Shown here one piece after another: positions 49,653 through 55,924 of a DNA stretch of 64,000 nt. Numbering within the stretch: position 1 is the stretch's first letter; each line of letters begins with the position of its first letter. The notes beneath the pieces are model-generated. The model saw nothing but the letters and a program-made list of their open reading frames with translations. It made no database searches and had not been told where the DNA came from. The position numbers were made by a program, and so were the translations under genes. Source of the DNA: Ktedonobacterales bacterium (lineage in GTDB: Bacteria; Chloroflexota; Ktedonobacteria; Ktedonobacterales; JADMIN01); contig DASTKI010000165.1 in the NCBI GenBank assembly GCA_035716045.1, positions 80-64,079 on the forward strand, read 5' to 3'.

Positions 49653-50885
49653 ATGGTCAATAATCCACCACGCGCAGCCCGCGCAGCCCAGCAGCCCGGC
49701 GCTGTAACGATAGGAATCGAATTATCCGCCACACACAAGCGCATCTGCGCCCTACCCGTTGGAGCCGAGCCGAATAAAGACGAGTCCAACATTGAGAAGC
49801 GGCTTAAATTCCTCGACAGTAAAGCTGACCCCTGGGCTTCGCCCCCATTTGCGCCTCTCGGGAGTCTCATTCCCCGGCAAACGACAGAGGTTATCCAGTT
49901 TGTCAACGCCTTTATCAAGACCAGCAATATCAACCCAGATGACGTCACCGGCGTGGGTGTGGCCATCGTCGCCAGCTTCGCACCACACACGGGCATCGCG
50001 AGCGTCACCCGAGCGAGCGATCTCGAGCAGCAACTATCCACCATTTTCAAGAAGGCCACCCGCGTGCGGTGCTTCAACCGGTCCCAAATCTCTTGCTTGC
50101 TGGAGCGCGGCCAAGGAATGGCGGCGGGCCTACGAAATGACGACATGGTCTACATTACTGTCAGCAACAACATCAATCTCGGCGTCATTCAACAGGACGC
50201 GCGCGGCGATGGATGGAATTGGGGCAACGCGGGCGGCATCCCCCATATCCCTTTGACGCAGAACCGGCTCACTGACGTAGCGAGTCGAATGAACCCGCCG
50301 CTCGAATTGGCCCTCCCCAAGGAGGTATGCCCTGTTTGCGGTGAACTGCTCTGCCTGACCAACCTCGCCTCTGGCCGCGCCATCGTCACCGCCGCCCGGC
50401 GCGCGATCTCCGGGGCCACGCCCACGAAGATCATTGACATGATGCGGGCAAGACCGAACTCCGCGCACGCCCAGATCATTCCACCTGATTCGGGTGGAAG
50501 TGTCGCGATTTCTCCAGCCATCCAGGGTGTGACCTCGATAGATACGCGCGCGGTCATCGAAGCAGCGGAAGATCAGGATCCTATCGCGCTCCAGATCATT
50601 CGCCAAGCCGGGCTGGCCCTGGGGCTCGTCATAGCGCTTCGGGTCATTCCGAGCTTCAACCCATTCATCGTTACATTGGGCAGCGCTGGGGCCAGAAGTG
50701 ACACCCTGCTCGATGTGGTCAGACAGGTCGCGGTCAGTGTACAGGGCGGCTTGATCCGACATCCCACCGGCGGCGCGAATGTGGCCGTCAATTTCCTCCC
50801 GACGGCGTTCCCCGGCTATACGGGCCTGCTTGGCGCCGCCTGGTGCATCCAGGCGATGAGCGACGAGGAGATACCCTTGTTCTGA
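49653..50885 (+). CDS. ROK/ASKHA-superfamily protein with degenerate phosphate-binding motifs
   Basis: RBS gaaggagggg. ROK-type zinc motif CPVCGELLCLTNLASGRAI, GNAGGIPHIPL (compare GxAGEIGH) and adenosine-motif-like FIVTLGSAGA. However, phosphate-1 is IGIELSATH (not DxGGT) and phosphate-2 is ITVSNNINLGV (not GTGIGGG). Confidence 0.65.
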   Translation: MVNNPPRAARAAQQPGAVTIGIELSATHKRICALPVGAEPNKDESNIEKRLKFLDSKADPWASPPFAPLGSLIPRQTTEVIQFVNAFIKTSNINPDDVTGVGVAIVASFAPHTGIASVTRASDLEQQLSTIFKKATRVRCFNRSQISCLLERGQGMAAGLRNDDMVYITVSNNINLGVIQQDARGDGWNWGNAGGIPHIPLTQNRLTDVASRMNPPLELALPKEVCPVCGELLCLTNLASGRAIVTAARRAISGATPTKIIDMMRARPNSAHAQIIPPDSGGSVAISPAIQGVTSIDTRAVIEAAEDQDPIALQIIRQAGLALGLVIALRVIPSFNPFIVTLGSAGARSDTLLDVVRQVAVSVQGGLIRHPTGGANVAVNFLPTAFPGYTGLLGAAWCIQAMSDEEIPLF

Positions 50886-50897
50886 TCCGGACGCGCA

Positions 50898-53174
50898 GTG
50901 GCGTGTGAGGGCGAGACGATCGCGGCTCCCGCCGCCGCGCGGCATATCCAGCTTGCCATCCCCTATCGTTTATTGCTAGTGAGCGATTGGTTACAGCGAA
51001 TGACACGATATGCGCTCCTCGCGGCATGCGCTGGCGCTCAGAGCGCGCCATCTGAGCGCCGATTGAGGTTTGCGGAATCTGATATCACCGAACTGCTGCT
51101 GCCATGGTTGCTTGAGGACCCCGCATGGAGAGACGGCGGAGACATAGCCCTGTGCGGAGTGAGCGCGCCAACGACGGCGACAAGTGGCGTCAGGCAGATC
51201 GCTGATCGCCATTTCCTCGCCGAATTGAAGCGAATCGTGTCGCACGCGGAGGATGACGACTTCGTTCTCATCTACTTCTCTGGACACGCAGTCTTGCGCG
51301 AGATCCGCGGCGTTGAGAAGACCTGCCTGGAGTTTCCATCCACTTGGGTCCCGATTGATGAGGTTCGCAACACCTGTCGAGAGAATATGCGCGGCGCCGC
51401 TATCCTCTTAACGCTTGATTGCTGTTATCCCATATCCGGCGATGCAGAGCCGGAGAAATCCCGTCTCTCCAGGATCATATCCGCATTGGGCTCACTCATT
51501 CAGGAAGCGGACATCGAGAGAGCCAATAGCCACCACTCAGGTTCGCTCGTATATATTGGCGCCTGTTTGCCTGGCCAGGAGTCCTTCGAATCGAATCGCG
51601 AGCAAAGCGGCTACTTTCTGAGCGCGTTCATCAGAGGTTGCGACGGAGGCGGCGAGTCACTTCCCTCCGTGGATGGCGGTGTGGTGACAACCGGCAGTCT
51701 CATCCAGTTCATTCAATGTGACCTGAGAGGCTGGCAGATTCCCGTCGCGTACAGCGCAGACCCATTGGGACTTCGACTGAAGGAGCTCAGCGCGTGGCAA
51801 GGGCCACGACACGACTGGAACGGGCCATCACATCCAATCATGCTGAACAGCGAGCGGTGCAGCAGACTCGGGCGGAAACTGATGGCGCGTTCGGAATTCG
51901 TGGTCAAGTCCAGTGCGCAGCCAAAGTGGTCCACCAGTCAGTTTCTCAGCACGCGTGACCTGTTTGTGCAAAGCTGCGCATCTGTTTTACCCCCATTGGG
52001 CGCCCGGCTAACGTTGGAGGTAGGCTTCACCAATCAGACGCTCACGTTCGTTGAACAGTGTCCCGCGCATCTCAATCCTGTGGAAGCGGAAAAAGGCCCA
52101 CGCTATCTCGTCGAGAGCAAGCCGCCAGTAGTCATGGCGGAGGGCGCATACAACATCTCGCTCACGGAGCACAAGAATCATGGCCATAATGAACAACTCT
52201 TGGTTCTGTCCCAACATACACCGCAACCAACCCTGTATGTGTATCGCGGCTTGAAGACAACCTTGGCTATTGATGATCGCGCCCCACGAAAGCTGGGACC
52301 AGGCACGAGTTCCGCGCTCCATCCGGCGTCTGGCAGAGTATTCGCCCTCGATTCGGGGGGCGCCCTCACCGTGTGGCCACTCGAACAGTCAGAACGAGCC
52401 GCGCCTGTCTCGTGGGCAGGGCATCAAGCGTCGTGGATGGCGCTGAGCGAAAATGCGTTTGCGGTGGCGGCGGACGGTGATTCCGTGTATTTTTGGAGAC
52501 TGAACTCGGCCTGGACACAGGAAATCGGTTTGCGCGCTCTCCCCCAGGCGCCCCAGGGCTTGGGACGGATCCAGGCTCTTGCCGCAAAGTCGGAAAAGGC
52601 CGTCAATTCCTGGGCGCCTGGAACTCATGTCGCCGCCGGATTTGGCTTTGGAGCCGTCTCGCAAGGAGCGCTACTCCTGTGGAACACCGAGCCAGGGTCA
52701 AACACACAATTCAGCCCACCGCAACTCGTTGCGACTGAACACCATTCAGTTGACGCCATCGCGTTTTCGGATGATGGCGGGCGGCTGGCCTTTGCCGCGG
52801 GCCCCATCGTGCGCGTGAAACAGCGAGCCAAAACAGGAGATTACGGAAGACGACAAGTCGTGCTGGACATATCAGACTATATAAAGACTCCGCCACCGCC
52901 AGCCGGCGCGCCCCAATTAGCGATAACTCGTCTCGCATTCTCGCCGAGGATATTTGCGGGATCCGTGCTGGCGATTGGAACGAATTATGGTGATGTGCTG
53001 CTGTGGGAATATCGAAGGCACAGACCCCCTGTATCGCTACCCAGCGACCGCGCCCTCGTTCAGGACCTCTCGATAGAGGCATGGAACCGTTATGAGGCGC
53101 GCCTCATCGTGAGAGGCGCCAAGAGCGTGGAAGTCTGGGCGCTGGCCACGCAGAGAGTAGCACGTGTACGATAA
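50898..53174 (+). CDS. Caspase-like (peptidase C14) protease fused to a WD40-like beta-propeller
   Basis: His-Cys dyad contexts FVLIYFSGHA (His codon 51285-51287) and AAILLTLDCCYPISG (Cys codons 51420-51425). p10-like SGYFLSAFIRGCDGG...DGGVVTTGSLIQFIQ. The C-terminus has at least 5 repeats ending in aromatic-W (LTVWPL, VYFWRL, LLLWNT, VLLWEY, VEVWAL). The start is either GTG 50898 or ATG 51000 (MTRYALL). Confidence 0.75.
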   Translation: MACEGETIAAPAAARHIQLAIPYRLLLVSDWLQRMTRYALLAACAGAQSAPSERRLRFAESDITELLLPWLLEDPAWRDGGDIALCGVSAPTTATSGVRQIADRHFLAELKRIVSHAEDDDFVLIYFSGHAVLREIRGVEKTCLEFPSTWVPIDEVRNTCRENMRGAAILLTLDCCYPISGDAEPEKSRLSRIISALGSLIQEADIERANSHHSGSLVYIGACLPGQESFESNREQSGYFLSAFIRGCDGGGESLPSVDGGVVTTGSLIQFIQCDLRGWQIPVAYSADPLGLRLKELSAWQGPRHDWNGPSHPIMLNSERCSRLGRKLMARSEFVVKSSAQPKWSTSQFLSTRDLFVQSCASVLPPLGARLTLEVGFTNQTLTFVEQCPAHLNPVEAEKGPRYLVESKPPVVMAEGAYNISLTEHKNHGHNEQLLVLSQHTPQPTLYVYRGLKTTLAIDDRAPRKLGPGTSSALHPASGRVFALDSGGALTVWPLEQSERAAPVSWAGHQASWMALSENAFAVAADGDSVYFWRLNSAWTQEIGLRALPQAPQGLGRIQALAAKSEKAVNSWAPGTHVAAGFGFGAVSQGALLLWNTEPGSNTQFSPPQLVATEHHSVDAIAFSDDGGRLAFAAGPIVRVKQRAKTGDYGRRQVVLDISDYIKTPPPPAGAPQLAITRLAFSPRIFAGSVLAIGTNYGDVLLWEYRRHRPPVSLPSDRALVQDLSIEAWNRYEARLIVRGAKSVEVWALATQRVARVR

Positions 53175-53236
53175 GCGCTGGCCGTAGGCATCCGCCTAGA
53201 CGAGCCTCGCGGAGGCCCATGCTGATGTGTTGGCGG

Positions 53237-53749
53237 CTACCGCAGGAGGGCCACAAACAACTGCAGCGCTGCGATAACCAGCGAAGCCAGAGAAACGATG
53301 ATACCGAACTTCGCTATGCGCAGCGAAGTTCGTTCCGCTTCCGCATCCCGTTTCTCCAGGTTCACCTCCTGCTTGATCACGAAGAGCTGAATCACGACCG
53401 GATCTGATTGGGCTGGCTCCTTGGTTATTGTTCCATGCGGGTGACGCTCAGCCAGCTTCGCATTGATGTAGTTGGCGATTGTGTCGCTGTCATCGAAAAC
53501 CTTCCCGACCGATTTCTTTGTCGCATCGCCAAGCAGGAGGTTGTCCACAGGCTCGCTGGTCTGGTCGCTCAGCCTTTTCAAGTGCTCATCAATGACGCTG
53601 GCTCGGGCCTTGAGAGATCCTCGGAAATATCGTGCGACAAGAAAAGCGATCGCCGAGACCGTTAAGGAGATGAGGAATAGATACACGGAAAGAAGCTGCG
53701 AAGACAACATATACCCCCCGCCAAGACTCTTGGTTAGCTGGATAATCAT
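53237..53749 (-). CDS. Hypothetical 2-TM membrane protein (terminal TM helices flanking a charged soluble segment)
   Basis: TM1 LLSVYLFLISLTVSAIAFLVA and TM2 FGIIVSLASLVIAALQLFVALL. AT-rich island codon usage. Alternative start at ATG 53710. Confidence 0.5.
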   Translation of the reverse strand: MIIQLTKSLGGGYMLSSQLLSVYLFLISLTVSAIAFLVARYFRGSLKARASVIDEHLKRLSDQTSEPVDNLLLGDATKKSVGKVFDDSDTIANYINAKLAERHPHGTITKEPAQSDPVVIQLFVIKQEVNLEKRDAEAERTSLRIAKFGIIVSLASLVIAALQLFVALLR

Positions 53750-53886
53750 TGCACGCCAGGAATCAATAATGGCGTGCAGAAGTACAAACCAAAGCGATAT
53801 TTCAACGAGGTAATCGCGTCATGGATCTTCTCCGCGAGCCACACGTCTCGCGCGTACCTCACCACATATCTACCGGTTTGCTGAAT

Positions 53887-54306
53887 TCACCTTTCTGTAG
53901 AATTATTGGTATGCCCCACGACCACATCGAGCGCGCCCTGCTCATCAAGCCAGAGCCCGATTACGCTCTCATGTGTGCCCAGCGACACAACCTGCTGAAC
54001 GCAGCGGCGAATTTGAGCAAGATGCTCCGCCTTAGTCGCTGGATTGGCTGAACATGGAGCATGCCCGACAACCGCAACAACTCGTGAGCGATGTGACTTA
54101 GCGCTCTCTTGAAGGCAGGTCTTGACCATAATCCACTCGGGGCTTACTTCTTCTGCGCTGAGTCTCTTGTCTGGTCCAAAGAGAGAGATATTGTCTACAT
54201 AGTCTGCATTGTATTGTTTTCGCATCCAGGTGGAGACTGGTTCCTGCACAAAGCCATCAGAGCAGTTGATCACTGCGACAAATCGTTCTGTTCCCACTGC
54301 GTACAA
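53887..54306 (-). CDS. Hypothetical small protein with CSD...HxxC motif pair (possible beta-carbonic-anhydrase-like zinc site; speculative)
   Basis: 139 aa. VAVINCSDGF and VVGHAPCSA lie about 67 residues apart, reminiscent of the beta-CA CxDxR...HxxC pattern but lacking the Arg. Start is TTG 54306 or GTG 54297. Confidence 0.45.
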   Translation of the reverse strand: MYAVGTERFVAVINCSDGFVQEPVSTWMRKQYNADYVDNISLFGPDKRLSAEEVSPEWIMVKTCLQESAKSHRSRVVAVVGHAPCSANPATKAEHLAQIRRCVQQVVSLGTHESVIGLWLDEQGALDVVVGHTNNSTER

Positions 54307-54360
54307 CTTTCCACTATACAGAGTGCGCGATACGCCAGCAGCGCAAGAATGACAAGAAAG

Positions 54361-54369
54361 AATATAGCA
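54361..54369 (-). promoter_or_regulatory. Candidate extended -10 element (TGcTATATT) for the island minus-strand gene pair
   Basis: Plus-strand aatatagca reverse-complements to tgctatatt, about 55 nt upstream of the ORF start. Confidence 0.3.
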
Positions 54370-54405
54370 TACAGTATTTGAAAGCGCCAGCGCTATGGCA
54401 GGTTA

Positions 54406-54457
54406 TTCTACGTCACAGCGATACTGGCCATCTGCCCCCTACCTCCAGACCATCTGA
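54406..54457 (+). pseudogene. Displaced, frameshifted copy of the histidine-phosphatase 3' end (attR-like)
   Basis: Aligned base by base to 49229-49281: 5 substitutions, all at third codon positions and all G/C to A/T, plus a 1-nt deletion in the C6 tract. The last 27 nt are otherwise identical through the TGA. Confidence 0.8.
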
Positions 54458-54509
54458 GCCGCAAGCCCTTGACGGCTGCTGTGGTCGGTGGCCAGGCGCA
54501 GACCTCATC

Positions 54510-54540
54510 CCCTCGCCTCTCTGCTTGAGAGGCGAGGGGG
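54510..54540. terminator. Perfect 13-bp stem / 5-nt loop hairpin (family A-related), candidate bidirectional terminator
   Basis: cccctcgcctctc tgctt gagaggcgagggg. Lies between the phosphatase 3' remnant and the convergent cupredoxin gene. No U-tract. Confidence 0.5.
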
Positions 54541-54610
54541 CATCAGACAAGCGAACGCTGGGTAGCGAGCGCTCGTAGCTATCAAACTGGCTATCAAACC
54601 GGATGTGGGG

Positions 54611-55051
54611 TCACTTGACCGTGATGCTCATACGCATGCCCGCCTCGTAGTGTCCAGCCTTATGGCAGGCGAACTCGAGCGTTCCCGCTGCGGCCGCCTG
54701 GGTGAATGTGTAGACCCCCGTCTTCAATTGCCCAGGATTCACATCCTCGATTTCGAAGAGGCGCGCCGCGTCTATCTCTTCCTCGGACGCTTGGCCGGTG
54801 GAACTGGGTACCGCCATCAACTCATGCTGCGTCTGACCGCTATTGGTCACGACAAAGCGATAAGGGACCCCAACGGTAAACTCGGTCTGTGACGCTTTAA
54901 TGGCGAAATCAGTGAGAGTGATCTGGACCTCAGTAGCTTGCTTTGTGGGGCTGGGAGCGCCTGAGCTCGGAGTGGTTGTGGTCGCGCCACATGCCGCGAC
55001 AGCAAGCAAGATGAGGAACAGACTACTCGTGAGCAGGAGACGCGCTTTCAT
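54611..55051 (-). CDS. Cupredoxin-like (type-1 copper) lipoprotein
   Basis: Trimmed to MKARLLLTSSLFLILLAVAACG (lipobox). C-terminal copper ligand motif EFACHKAGHYEAGM. RBS ggaggtg. Confidence 0.75.
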   Translation of the reverse strand: MKARLLLTSSLFLILLAVAACGATTTTPSSGAPSPTKQATEVQITLTDFAIKASQTEFTVGVPYRFVVTNSGQTQHELMAVPSSTGQASEEEIDAARLFEIEDVNPGQLKTGVYTFTQAAAAGTLEFACHKAGHYEAGMRMSITVK

Positions 55052-55516
55052 CGTAGCACCTCCGAAAGGCGAAAGGCCGAGAGGAGACATCGCCCCCCCA
55101 GCGTGGTGTCCCACAAAGGCCCCTGATGGGCCAGACGCGGGTAGAGTTGACCTCGACATAGTCCGTTCATCGCGCAGGGAGCTACGGCGGCTCCCTTGAA
55201 GTGACGTAATGGAGCTGGTCACAATATGGCGCCATCGCTCCATAAAGGGGATGCTCGTTGCAGCCGAAGCGCGGCACAGGCGCGCTCGCTCGCAAACAAG
55301 CAGTCTGTACTGCTCACGGACTGGAAATCAGGGACTGCAAATAGTAGCGCCAGAGCGGCATTCGCACGCAGGCGCTGTGCCAAGTGATGCGCAGATAGCG
55401 GGAGCCAGAAATGCGCGGCGCGATTGCGCCAGGACACACTTCTGACTCCCGATTGGTGACGCGCGAGGCTGGCGATCTGGCCAGCGCCAGCGCCATATAG
55501 AGTCTCCAGCGCATCC

Positions 55517-55831
55517 TCAGGACGCGCTGGCCGCCTGCGTGTGCGCCTCGCGCGCCCGCTGTTCGACCTTCGCCTGCCAGTCCCTCGTCTGCCGCCGCTC
55601 GAAGCGCACGGCGAAGAGATAGTGCATCGTCAGGCCGATGCCCCAGCCAACCAGCGGGAACACGAACCAGAGGAAGCCTGGCACAAACACCAGGTTGATG
55701 ACGATCAACAGGATGTTCACCAGCACATAGACCGCCGCGTGAACGTAGAAGCTGGTGCGCCCTTCCTCGACCCGCACCTGAGCCTCGGCGCGCTCATACT
55801 CTGACACCGTGATGGGTTCATTCATGCTCAT
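55517..55831 (-). CDS. 2TM-domain membrane protein
   Basis: FYVHAAVYVLVNILLIVINLVF...WFVFPLVGWGIGLTMHY matches the 2TM (PF13239-type) pattern. The start is at one of the clustered Met codons (55846, 55831 or 55825). Confidence 0.7.
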   Translation of the reverse strand: MSMNEPITVSEYERAEAQVRVEEGRTSFYVHAAVYVLVNILLIVINLVFVPGFLWFVFPLVGWGIGLTMHYLFAVRFERRQTRDWQAKVEQRAREAHTQAASAS

Positions 55832-55924
55832 CACCCCCTCTCTCACCTATGTTGTCGCATCCACGACTCACGCGCATCACACATGGGCAGAGGGGGTTTA
55901 CACAGGAAAGTCACGGGCGCCTGG

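Larger units (their letters stand above)
49282..54405. mobile_element. Low-GC genomic island (no integrase) inserted at the 3' end of the histidine phosphatase gene
   Basis: Abrupt GC drop (own count: 46/60 G+C in the line starting 49201, 26/60 at 49301, 29/60 at 52141). Bounded by a direct repeat, 49229-49281 versus 54406-54457. Contains four ORFs unrelated to the neighbouring genes. Confidence 0.65.

Noticed and set aside
49538-50146. 202-aa minus-strand ORF inside the island
   Set aside because: Antisense to the ROK-like gene, which has an RBS and recognisable motifs. There is no independent support.
49282-54405. Search for an integrase, transposase or excisionase in the island (and in the TA cassette 44720-45450)
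   Set aside because: None of the ORFs shows tyrosine or serine recombinase or DDE motifs. The mobile-element call therefore rests only on the GC shift and the flanking repeats.
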